DNA of 64,000 nt. It comes from Paragordius varius. Its lineage: Eukaryota; Animalia; Nematomorpha. The position numbers and the translations under genes were made by a program. The DNA lies in assembly GCA_964247055.1 (NCBI GenBank), contig OZ176051.1, forward strand, positions 8,370,001-8,434,000. The letters run 5' to 3'. Within the stretch, counting starts at the first letter, position 1. Every line of letters begins with the position of its first letter. Positions 34,931-47,320 of the stretch are shown piece after piece. Under the pieces are notes generated by a model that had not been told where the DNA came from, made no database searches, and worked only from the letters and a program-made list of their open reading frames with translations.

Positions 34931-37900
34931 ATAAAGTTTTTACACTAAAAATTACATTTTAAATATATCTAACAAATCAATATATGGATATAGGTGATTT
35001 ATTGATTACAACACAGAATGCAATATGATTTTTAATTTGTTTAATAATATATTATTGGTAATATAATATGATGATACATGGTTTATAATTTGGGAAAAAG
35101 AATCTAACATAATAATTGAGCAAACATGGATTCGAAAGATTTAAACATAAAGAAACATCCTTTTTTAAATGTTAAGCAATTTATAACACACCAATGCGCC
35201 ATTTTTCGTACAATTGTATTGGGTAGCGACCGTATCAGACGTTGCCAGCACTTGTATAATCCTTAAAGAAATAAAATGTATATGTATCAATTATCAATTT
35301 TCTTAGGAACTACACTTATTGTAGCAAAATAAAATGTTCTTTAATTAAGAAAGTTTTTGGCCTTATTAGGTATTATAAGAAAGAATTCAAAGCTACACAC
35401 TCGACGAAATAGTGTATTTAAAAAAGCGGTGCTCTTTCCCTTAAAAATTTTCCAATTTTTCATGATTGATAGAAGAGAGATTTTTATTTGAAGATTAATA
35501 ATATCCCACTATAATATATTTTATATGCAGTATACACTGTATTTAGAGTTAAATTCTTTTATGAGAAAAATTATAAAATAATCATCAACTTACACACCTC
35601 AAATATTCCATTTTTCAAATTCACCCTCGACAAAATTTATTAACAATTCAAAACAAGTTCACCCTTGAATAATTGATAACCCTAAAAATTCAAATTTACC
35701 CAAAAAAATACGTCTTTTCGGGCTAATATAACTTATCATTGATATAAATTACCGTATGGTCAGAATATATCTAGTAAGTTATCGATTATTGCCAAATAGG
35801 ATATAAAATAAAGGGCAGCATTATTGGCTTATAGTTATTTTTTTCACTTTTTACTATTATTAGCCAATAGTATTTCTCCTTGCTGCATATGCTATTTGGC
35901 AATAATTAATAACCTAACAATATATACTTACTCACACTGTACAACTTCAATCAATACTAATATTTTGAAAAATGTAAAAAATATTTAAAAATATATATAC
36001 CTTTCCAACATATGTGGTGATTTAAAATTATCAGAAGACGAGCAATACTCCTATCATAAAGTAAAACAATTAAAATCGAAATAATAAAGTTTTATTAGTG
36101 TTAAACCTGTATAATTTGAGATACTAACGTGGGTTCAACATGGACTTGCCTGAAATCTAAATCCGCAGATTTATTCTATATTACAATAAAATTACAAGAT
36201 ACTAATGGTATAGTATAGTTATATGTGTTTATGTCACACATATTATGATAACAATATACGCGAGTTTTTAGAGTTTATCAAGTAATATAAAGTATGATAC
36301 AAAATTTAAAATAAATATTGAAATGGAAACAACAGGACTTTATCCAAGTAAGACGGGTTAAATAAAATTTATGATCTCTGAATTGATAAATTTAAGATTT
36401 TTATGAAAACATATAAATTTAATTTTGGTCTAATTTAGATAGACCGGGTTGATCGGTAACATTTAATTTATTATTTTTTTGATCAAAAATTTAACCGTTA
36501 TAAATTAAAAATTGCAAAATAAGGCAAAAAAACAACTTTCATATTGACAAAATGAAAATTATACCTTAAGATTGGCGTAATACACAAGATTCAATGCTCC
36601 ACGAATGACATTATAGAAAGCGTACTCTACTTTGGTGTCGCAATCCTCAGAAGTCAAATTCACTATAATCATTAAATTATTTAACAATTGGAATCCAGTT
36701 AATTTTAAGGCATTAAATAATTAACGTATTTGAAATTTATATCTTTAAGATAAATTAGATTGGTACACCCTAAGAAAATATAGCAAGACTGGTGTAGCGG
36801 TTTGTTCGGAATTTCGATTCTTATACTTTATTTATGTTTAATCAATAAACTATTTTATAAAGTTAATGGTGTAAGACCCAAGAACTTTTTATATTCAAAT
36901 TAAGTAAAAAAAAGAAAAAAATTTAATAAAAAAACATTTTGTACTTTCTTAGCAGTTAAAAAACGAAATTTGCAGTTTTGCGCCATATTTTACATATAAA
37001 GTTTTCCGTCGGTTTAATTTTTAAAATACCTAAAATCTTTGATATTTTGATAGAAATCCATATATTAAATAAAATTTAGTATTCACTTCTTAATAATATT
37101 AATTTCTCTTATGACCTAATGACTGAAAAAAATGCCATTTTTGAGTATTGCTAACTTCTATCCTTTTTCCGCTTTGTAACGATCTTTGTCATTGCGATTT
37201 TCATTTCCAAAGAATTTATCAGCTGTCAAACTCCTTTTAAATCTAATTATTTTCATTCGACTTAATGTGCGAAAAAAGACATTTTTTGATTTTAGAAAAC
37301 TATAAAAAAATTTCTAGTTTATTACGCTAATGACTATTTAAATGGTCATTATTTATCCCTTTGTTTTTGGCCCTCCATTTATTTCACATATTATACTGCA
37401 TAAACTGTAAGGTTTCATTCATTTTAATATTGAAATAAATATTATCCATTAAGATGTAGATTAATATAGAAGCTTTTAATGGGTGCACCATCAAACAAAC
37501 TAAGATTAAATTTCATATCATGTAATTACAAAAATAATTAAAAGGTTTCAACTGAAATTATACATGCCAACCAGGATATTAAAACCAAATTGACGCATAT
37601 ACCTATATAAATGAGAAATCTAAAACATGTAATTTATCTAAATTCCAAGTTGAGGTGAAAAAAGTTTTTTTAGTTGTTAAATCAATTTGAAAAAAAAACT
37701 AAAAAAGGGCTTAGTTATAAAAATTATAAGCGTTTAAATGAGTGTTAAAAGTTACAAAACCGCATAAGGATGTTTAACTGCACAAAGCCCTAAAAAATAA
37801 TATTTATAATGAATCTGCCAAAAATCATCTATTTCATTACTATATATTAAAAATAGGTTATAATAGCTTCTTACCACGTGCGTACATAATGTTAAGTGCT

Positions 37901-39633
37901 GTTTCAAATTGGTTGCTAAAATATATTTTATAAAAAATCAGACAGTATGAATTAAATTTAATATATATATTTAAGCAGAAACCAAAATATAACTTACTTA
38001 CATCAAACTATTTTTTGTCAATCGTAGATTCACAGCATATTTTGGCCTATATTAGGTAAAAAATTTAATTATGCTTTTAGGTAAATATTTAAAGAGACAT
38101 AGCATAGACTATTATTAGACATCATAGTTTAAAATGCTTATCATGGTCCTCTGTGCTTTTATATTTAATAGTAACGATTATTAAAGCTACTTCAATATCA
38201 GGGGTGTTTAACACGAAGCCCTCCAATATATGTCTGTAGCGAGGAATTTGAATTACAAAATTTTACAATTAAAAAAAATTTTTAAACATATTTTCTGAAT
38301 ATGTCTTTCCAAAATTTGGCAATCGACTATCAAAAAGCTATATAGATGGTTGTGTCGTTATATTGAAAGAACTATAATCCTTAATGACTTATTATTATCC
38401 TCGTTAAAATATAGAATTTAAGTTATTTTTTATTGGTACGTAGTTTTATTAAGTTATTTTATATGATTGATTTTCAATTGAAGTAAATTAATTATATAAT
38501 TTTTGTAATCATTAATACTTGATATATTCCAAATCATAGTACAAATGATAATTGACGATGGCACACTTAAACATGTTGAATAGATAATATTCCCCACCCG
38601 CTCTAAATGGAATCTGTCATTTACAAAGAAACAGTATGAAACTATTATAGGTATGAAAATAATAATTTTTAATTTATTTCGGAGTTTTGCCTTATTTTTA
38701 CTATAAAATTATCGATGAGCAGAAAATGAAGTGGTATGTATTTTTTTCAAATATTCTGATATTTCCACCTTAAAAACATTTTTTGGATACCTACTTTCAA
38801 CGTTAAAATAAAATTTTTTATAGGGTATATTTTAACCCTAAATTTGGTAAACTATATATGTCTTACCTTTAAATGGTTATAATGATCCAAATGAGTGATT
38901 CCTGGTTCCTCCTGCAACACAGAAATATAAATAATTTTTTACAGTTAGCATATAGTTTAAATGTTTTTTTAGGCGTCCCAATAATGTTATTACATTATTT
39001 TACGGTAATCAAATTGCACACAATGGCTATAATAACATTATTTATATTGGAAAACGTTTATACGTTATCCAATATGAATTGGAGAAACCAATTAAAAATT
39101 ATTTTTTAACTTATCATGCCAGCATTCACAACAGGGTTTGAAACTGATTCGAATTGTTAAATCCTTTGTGTATTTCGGTTCTGTTTTAATTCTTAAAGAA
39201 TTTTAGAACCCGTTTTTTAGAAAATAAAACTTAGTTCAAAGGGCTTTAACAAAATAGTATCGGCTTCGATTATGATTTTTCTAATTTTGCAGTTCTAAAG
39301 CTAATTTTATGAAAATGCAACCTTTCTTGCGAATGCGGTTCAACTTCATAAAGCAAATATCTAATGCCTAATGCATACACGGCCCTATTTAAACTAACCC
39401 AATAACACCATCAATAATTAACAAATAATTTAGATGTGCAGGAAATTTAATAAGGCGTTAATGTTTTATTTGGCGGTTGTATATTTAAATATAAATGATC
39501 ATTGCGTTTGGAGCATCCCGCGTCCATGATAATTTAAATCCGTATAAATATTAACTTTGGAAACAATGTGTTAGTTAAAATATTTTTCTAACGGTAGTTT
39601 TATCGGATATTGGGGAAATACATGAAGTGATAA

Positions 39634-40692
39634 TCTATATATTTAAATAAATGGAAAATGCTGGCTTTGTGATCTGGTACCCGAAAACCGGACCCATTCA
39701 AATCCAAACATCGAAAAAATATAATCATTAATGAATGCCCCGACAATAGCTTCGCCCTTTTTTTGAAATAGGCCCCCAGTTCGGGCCCACCCCGTGTGGA
39801 AAACGGTTTTTTTAAAAAAACAGAAGTCCAATCGTGTCTTTGAGACAATTTTCCGGAAAACGTGTTGGATCATTCAATTTCAAATATGATTTTTGTTTAC
39901 TTATTTTCGATTGCGCCGAACATAGTCGTCTCGCTTTTTTAAGGCCCTCTTTTTACCCGCTCCCCCCGTAAAATGCCATTTTTTTCAAAAAACAAAGTCC
40001 ACAAAAATAATTTTTTAAATCTATTTTTCGCCCTAGGTATGAAACCGTAAAAATTTAATATGAATTCCACGTATTCCCTGTTAAAAGTCAAAAATTTTAG
40101 GTGTTTCTTTGATGATAACTGCTGGGTAAGGAGCTACCCGCTAAAAACTGATTCCTCATGTAACTTTGTGATCTGTTTCCGGAAAACCGTGAACCCAATC
40201 AAATCCAAACATCGAAAAAATATAATCATTAATAAATGTCCCGACTATAGCTTCGCCCTTTTTTGGAATTAGGTCCCCAGTTCGGGCCTACCCCGTGTGT
40301 AAAAATGGTTTAAGACAATTTTTTGGAGAACGTGTTGGACCATTCAATTTCAAATATGATTTTTGTTTACTTATTTTTGATCGCGCTGAACATAGTTGAC
40401 TCACTTTTTTGATTTAGGCCCTCCCGCTACCCCCGTAAAATGCCATTTTTTTCAAAAAAAAACAAAGTCCACAAAAATAATTTTTTAAATCTATTTTTCC
40501 CCCAAGTAAACAATATATTAGTGTGAATGCACCGTTTTAAAATTCCTATATAATTATATTTAAATAATGTTTCGAAATAATCCACATATGTGGATCATTT
40601 TATTGTCCCTTATTTCAAATAGCTCCACCCCCCCCCCCCCAGAAGTCCGAAGGACTTCCTCGGGCTGCGTAGCACCACGAGATTTACGCTAG
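39634..40692 (+). mobile_element. Non-autonomous Helitron, copy C
   Basis: A|TCTATATATT at 39634, two body units, hairpins and CTAG|T at 40692. Confidence 0.88.
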
Positions 40693-41343
40693 TAAAATAT
40701 ATAATTACATGAATGAAGAAATTATATGGCTTTGATAATGAAGTGTTCTTTCATTTTATTTTATAGCATTATTTATCACAAAAAATATTTTGATTACCAA
40801 AATATCAGGGTATATATATCTTATATAATATCTTTCAGTGGATGTAGAGTCTTTTGATATTATTAAACAATGATTAACCGATAAATTATTAATTTATAAA
40901 ATATTTTTAATAAAATCGGTAAAATGGATTAAACATATATTTGAAATTTGTTTATATGTTCACATAATCTCAAATTTGTTTATGCCGGTAAGAAATCCCA
41001 TCTGGTTTAGAAACGGTTTTAAATCATGAAATTGGAACCGTTTCTGGTTTTACATCGTGGTGTTGAGTATTAAGTTTCAGGTTTTAAAAAATATTCTAAA
41101 ACCGATTATGTTTTTGATTCTGATTTTAAGCTTAACTAACCGCGGACCTAACTATCGTGGTTTACAAAAACAATATATCTTGAATGTACTATTTAAGAAA
41201 ATATTAAATTTCACTACCTTTCCATTTTTATTTTAGATAATTATATTTTTTGGGCTAGTTAAATTACCCAAAACTCAATGTTGTAAATAAACTATTGTTT
41301 TGTAGTTGTTTTGGTTAAATTTAATTATTTAATCAATGTTCAC

Positions 41344-43456
41344 CTGTATTAGAAGAGCTTTTTGTAACTCAGGAGTCTATCTATAATAAGGATATCTCCG
41401 AAACCCGATTAACAGCTAATTGAATCAATAAATATCAAGTTTTTGCTGGAATATAAACTGAAAGCTTACTAAAGTTAATTATATACATTTTCTAACCCTA
41501 ACATACATTTATTTGCCTTTTGTATTAGCATTTAAAAAAATTTAAAGAAAAAATGGCGGTAAAAAGGTTAAAAATGAGGATTTTTTACAATTATACATTT
41601 TTAGATAAAAATTTTTTGAAGCACCCTAAAAAGCTAAAGAAAGCATATTAAATTTGGCACAATTCAGATATTCAAATTTTAATTCGCTCAGAGATATAAA
41701 ACCCTAACAAAATGAAATAGAGTGTTAATAAGATAAAATCTTACAATATAAGTCAAATCATTGGAAAAGCGAGTGATGTCTGGCAATGAAGCATCAATCA
41801 ATGAATCTTCCAATCTCCTAAGCTATAAAATATGTTTTCATTATTTAATATGGTGATAGATATAAAAGATACAACATATTATATTTTTTTATACTTTGGC
41901 CATGTCAGATTTGGTGACATTATGATACAATAAATAGTGATCTATGTTACGCATTTGAATATCAAGTATCGTTAGACATCGATCCTCAAAATTTTGTGTT
42001 TTAAGGTGTCTGTCCTCATCAAAGACTTCAACTCTAAGGGGAATTTGGGTAGGCATGAATGTTCCAACATCGTAAGCCAAGAGACTCAGTAATAAATCAT
42101 GATAAGCTCTACAAAAAAATTATAGTATTAATACATATTATATTAGTACCTCAAAAAAATCTAAAGATGCAACCGAAATTTTGCAGGATCTTTTTCATAT
42201 CCAATAATTTCTTTGTCATATCTTTTGAGCGCCTTTTCGGAATACAGGAAAAATTGGGTTTGAGAATTAGTTTTCATATTTAACCGATTGAGTCGTACCA
42301 GAAGTAAATTCGTTAAATTAACCTGTAAAACGTTTTAAACCATATTTAACATAAAAACACGTAAATATTTAGTTTTGCTAATATAAATATTATGTTAAAA
42401 TACATCTATTTGGACAACTTACACTTTTAAGAAATCCACCAAAATTCTGGGGTGATATTAGACGGTATTCATTCTATAATAGTAATTAGGATATAGTGCA
42501 AAGGATCATATAAGTTAACTAGAAACACTACACTTATTTTATGAATTTTCTTTGGTAAATTTTATAATAAAAGATACTCTTATTAAAAAAGGTGTTTAAA
42601 AAAAATAAATTAAAAGGATATCATCGAACCCATTCATTTTTCTTTTCCAATTTTCGCATTAGAGCAATATGCGATTCATATATTGTCATAATATCCCTAA
42701 CATTTTCCCGTAATCCTCCTAGCACCTCATAAAACTGGGCCGTAAGATTTAACTCGTGAGCCAATTGGTCATCGGTCATTAGATTGCTGGGTAGGAAAGT
42801 TTGTAACAAAACATTTTGAACAAGCTTGGGAACTGTTACATTGTGTGTCTTCTTAACATCCCCAGGTCTCCAGAATTGCCAACCCCGATCACTAACATAA
42901 TTGATTACGATGGCAAAAATGAAGTGCATATCTTGGTGTAAATAATTGATTTGTTTGCGTAACAGTTCAAGTTCCCCCGGTTTATACGTTGTTGGTTGGG
43001 TGTAGGGTAAATTATAAAGCTTACCATACCGTTGAACATGTAAAAAATCTGTAATTTGTTTAATCAAATGTTGTTCATTCGTAAAAACGGTATCATTTAC
43101 ATTCTCAGAAGAATTAAAATTGACATTTGTGTCGTTTCCTAAATCATTTTCTCTTTTTAATAAAACGAAGTTTTGATATAACGGTTCAGTAACGTAGGCA
43201 TGGTGATGATAGAATTCTACGCAAGAATTATAAAATCTTTGTAAATCTTGGAGGTGAACGAAACCCGGACCATAGATATCCTTCAGATTTCGATCATACT
43301 TTCCACCTATAGATATTATTTATTAAATAAAATATTGTAATATGAGTTATTTGGAAATGGTTTTAAATATAAATTTATTTAACATAATTTTGAAAAGGAG
43401 TCTTTTACATCCTTAGGTGTATAAAAATTAAGAAAAAATACTTTTTTAAATGCATA
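41344..43456 (-). CDS. Highly divergent neprilysin/peptidase M13-like gene (partial; possible pseudogene)
   Basis: Phase-consistent exons: 43456-43384 (tentative), 43306-42630, 42322-42150 (or 42174), 42108-41895, 41822-41745, 41376-41344 (tentative). M13-like motifs recalled from memory: LC|GKY (FACG), RFYNSC (FYxSC), ENVRDIM...EW|V...RLNRLNMK (DW...KLDKM), SNDLTYI|TPELQ. No HExxH was found, and one splice choice leaves an in-frame TAG. Confidence 0.5.
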
Positions 43457-43707
43457 CTGTAATACATATGTAATTAATATATTTTTAACAGAACTATTAT
43501 TTTTGATATGCAATAAATTCTACAATCTAACTAGTATTTTTTTATCAGGATGTTCTTTTTCATTTTTAATAAACAGTCTTGGTGGTAACATTGATTAAAG
43601 ACATGTCCATATTTACAATATGTCCCTTTTCAGCACATATTTCATTAAAAAATGCCTAACATTGCATATGCGTTATATACATATAAGCTATCTGGCAATC
43701 AATGTTT

Positions 43708-45046
43708 TATATTACAGTAGCGTATGCAGTAAAAGATTGTTAGTGCAAAATAGAATAAAAAAATCATTTTTTTTAAAAAAACAAGGGGGCGTAAATGTTA
43801 ATTTTTAATATCAAGAATTTTTTTTTAATCCATGTGGCATTTTTTTATCCTTTTAAAAGTTGTTTTACAAGCATATAAAAAATAACACTTACATATATAT
43901 TTGAATGTACTTACATGTCCCTTTTCTGTACACATATATGAGAGATATATATTAACATTGCAATATGTTCCCCTTTTCGCTACATATCTCATTATAGAAA
44001 TGGTAACATTGCATATGTGTTGTGCCTACTTCATTAAATAATTTTTTAGGTTTTATATATAATTTTTTTTTATAAAAAATTAAGTTTTTAATAATTAATT
44101 AAAAAATATTTCAGAAAAGACTATAAAAAAATATATTAATTAACATATAAATCGCTTATGTGCGTAATAAAACTTGTATTATACAAATTTAAATATTGAA
44201 TTGATTTTGCTGACTTTTTTTGAAAACACTATATCACCTAATATGAGAAATGTCACGAAAAATGGTAAAACAATACCATTTATAATTAATTATTTTACAA
44301 GTGGTAATTTATTTAAGCAAATATTTTTGACAATTTTTTTGGTGTGCTCATAATACTTAAAAAAATGAATGTGCTGAATATTTTCAAGAATTTGAGTTAA
44401 GTTTTCAATCAATTCTTCCACATTGAAATGGCATCTTTCCTGACTTTTTTGATCTTTGGAGTCTGGGTTAATGTGCCATAGTTTGAATCTAATGTTGATG
44501 GCAAACTTTCATCTATACTATCTTCTTCACAAAAACTATACATTTATTCTAAATTTCTTTTTGACAAAATAATAAAAACTTAATATTTTTTATAAAAAAA
44601 AAATATATAAACTTATAAATTAAAAATCAAAGTATGCACAACACATAACATACTGATTAATACCTAATTTTATAAAAAATGTTATATCAAACCTAAATAT
44701 TTATCAAAGTAGGCAAAACACATATGCAATGTTACCATTTCTCTTATAAGATATGTAGCGAGAAGAGGAACATATTGCAATGTTAATATATATATCTCTC
44801 ATATATGTGTACCGAAAAGGGACATGTAAGTACATTCAAATATATATGTAAGTGTTATTTTTTATATGCTTGTAAAACAATTTTTAAAAGGATAAAAAAA
44901 TGCCACATGGATTAAAAAAAATTCTTGATATTAAAAATTAACATTTACCATATGTGTATTTACAACTAGGATTGTTTTTTAAAAAAACATTTTTTTATTC
45001 TATTTTGCACTAACAATCTTTTACTCCATACGCTACTGTCCTATAA
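43708..45046. mobile_element. Element with ~330-bp terminal inverted repeats
   Basis: About 43708-44032 is the reverse complement of about 44706-45046. The roughly 670-bp interior contains a short minus-strand ORF at 44409-44543. Confidence 0.7.
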
Positions 45047-45152
45047 CTTGTTTTTTAAATCTTTATTAGACAAGATGTGTTTATAAATATTTTAACCATG
45101 TGGATACATTTATTTAAGGACCAATATATTTTTAAAATTTTTATTTTTTATT

Positions 45153-45860
45153 ATGTCAAGCTTTTTTAAAGATGAAAGTATTAGTGGTGAAAGTTTACCA
45201 TCTACATCATCAGATTCCTACATTAAGGATAATATATCAAGTCAACAACATACGGGAACCAGAAAAAGTAAATTTATATCATTATATTTTAGGGCAATAT
45301 TGGACTGAAACTAAAATACAAAAAGCCATCCCACTATTTCTGTTACACAATGAAAAACCAAGTCAATGGTTTTGTGAGGCATTAGATATGTCCGAATCTA
45401 GTATTAATAAGTTACGACAAAAGTTGATGCGAGGAGATAAAATGGTTATTACTAAACAGGGCAGAAAGAAAAAATTTGAAAATCTTGAGTTGCAAAATAG
45501 CATAAGGAATATCATCATGAATAATAATCATCAAGTAATCTTGGATGATATTTTAAAGTACATTCCTGAACACCTACGAATCTCGAAAAGCACTTTGCAT
45601 AAATGTTTAAAACATATGAAAATAATCAGACGAGGAGGATACTTTGTACCTTTTTCGATTTGAATATGTTACTATGGATATGTCAAAAAAGATATAGATT
45701 AGTTTTTTTTCTTGGCAAATTCGGGTTAAATGTGAATATCTTAAAGTTATTCATGGACCTTATAACGAAAATCAGTCGTTCCAAATTTCCCACACGTATT
45801 CCTTTGTGCAGTATGATTTGTATTAATTTATTTTATAAAAATATGAATATCATTTCAACA
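45153..45860 (+). pseudogene. Frameshifted IS630/Tc1/mariner-like transposase relic
   Basis: HTH-like region ALDMSESSINKLRQK...GRKKK...ISKSTLHKCLKHMKIIRR, then LVFFLGKFGLNVN in another frame (decayed version of xFIDESGFN). Confidence 0.6.
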
Positions 45861-45953
45861 TGAAAAGAAAAACGAGAAAGATTTACTGATTGGACCAATG
45901 GATTCCTGAGATTAATACAAACACAAATTGCAGAAAAAACTTACAAGATTAGC

Positions 45954-46329
45954 TATGTTTTGTAAATAACAGTTGTTAAAATCCGTAATTAATGATAAAG
46001 GATAATTAAATAGATTTAAATGAAATTATAAATTTCAAATTTTCAGTTTAATTTTCATAAATTACATTAAATTTAATTTAAATTCGTAAAACCAACTGCA
46101 TTTATACCAAAATTGCAAAGTTGGATATATATGCGAAATCGATATGCGAAAACCCCATGTCAAATAGTTGTGTCGTACTGATGAGTGCTAACAAGCATGA
46201 AACTAGTCTGCGATTACTATTGACGAAGGGTTTCACATATCGTTTATAATTTCTATTTATAATTTCATTTAATTCTATTTAATTATCCTTTATCATTATA
46301 TTACGGATTTTAACAACTGTTATTTACAA
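45954..46329 (+). mobile_element. Hammerhead-bearing inverted-repeat element (Penelope-like pLTR or retrozyme-like relic)
   Basis: Near-perfect inverted arms of about 73 bp (45960-46032 and 46256-46329) enclose the ribozyme. A 13-bp direct repeat TTACAAGATTAGC lies at 45941-53 and 46324-36. Confidence 0.6.
46173..46213 (+). ncRNA. Minimal type I hammerhead ribozyme (Penelope-like)
   Basis: Stem I UCGUA (46173-77) pairs with UGCGA (46209-13); core CUGAUGA 46178-84; stem II GUGCU-aaca-AGCAU; GAAA 46199-202; stem III C-UA-G; GUC cleavage triplet 46206-08. Confidence 0.85.
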
Positions 46330-46431
46330 GATTAGCATTTGCATATATGCTTTAAATTGTAAACATAAATAAATCATATATAAATTTACATGTACTATTC
46401 TTTTTCTAATTTACTTTTTGGGTGCTATATA

Positions 46432-46660
46432 CAGTCATGTATCCTTTATTTAATCCAAAATTTATTTATTTTCGTTATATGAATCTAAATATTTGGTAAA
46501 GAATGGAAAAACAAGAACTTTATTGCGATTCTTATACTTTTTTAATGAATATGATATTGTAAATACCATAGAGCTCTTGTTTTTTCCATTCTTTACCAAA
46601 TATTTATACCCATTAAACTAAAAAAATAAATTTCTGATAAAATAAAGGATAACATGACTG
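46432..46660. mobile_element. Palindromic Tc1/mariner-like MITE (229 bp)
   Basis: TA|CAGTCATGTATCC ... GGATAACATGACTG|TA; almost fully self-complementary. Confidence 0.75.
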
Positions 46661-47287
46661 TAATATGGTTTCCATAAAATAAAATTTGTTTCAGATAAAA
46701 ATTGCCTTCGTAAACCAGAATAATTTTCTCAAAAAATAAATAAATACTTATAATCAAACGTTAAAATTAATTGGACCTCATCCTTTATTTCATTAAGCTC
46801 TTGAGCACATTTGTTAATTTTTTATTAAAGATATGTAACTATAACATGGACATTTTGAATACATGTAATGATTGACCAGGACTTTTTTTTTAATAAAACA
46901 TTACCACGCGCATTATAAGAATATAAGGATTTAAGTATTTACTGTAAGATACATATTTATTTAATAATTAGTATCAGGGATAGAACATTTTTTGAATTAA
47001 TTTGAAGTCAATAATCGAAAATGGTTTCTAATTTACAAACTGTTATAAGTTTTTTTTGACCTTTTAATTTTTTTGTCTGCAATGACATATTGGGGTAATC
47101 TAATAACCTAGAGCTCAATCGAAACAACTGTTAAGTTAAAATTTGATTAACAAACACTTTTCTCCCGTATTACATAAAAAAAGCTTATATTATTTTATTA
47201 CTTCTAGAGCGGTATAAACCTTTACTTAACACCCACGATGTCATTTTGTTTTTATTATCTTATATTGAATATATTTTTCTTAACTTA

Positions 47288-47320
47288 TCTCCTGATGATG
47301 CATATGGCGAAAATTTGAGA
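47288..47320 (+). ncRNA. Degenerate minimal hammerhead ribozyme
   Basis: UCUC-CUGAUGA-U-GC(auaug)GC-GAAA-AUUU-GAGA. Stem I UCUC/GAGA; palindromic AAUU in stem III; cleavage triplet would be UUU; stem II is only 2 bp. Confidence 0.45.

Noticed and set aside
38873-39109. 78-aa hydrophobic plus-strand ORF as a membrane protein
   Set aside because: Hydrophobicity is expected from AT-rich codons, and no consistent exon chain was found.
42161-42163. Genome-wide stop-codon reassignment (TAG as sense)
   Set aside because: Only one case, with an alternative splice explanation; about 1580 codons of cul2, ppib and the GPCR contain no in-frame stops.
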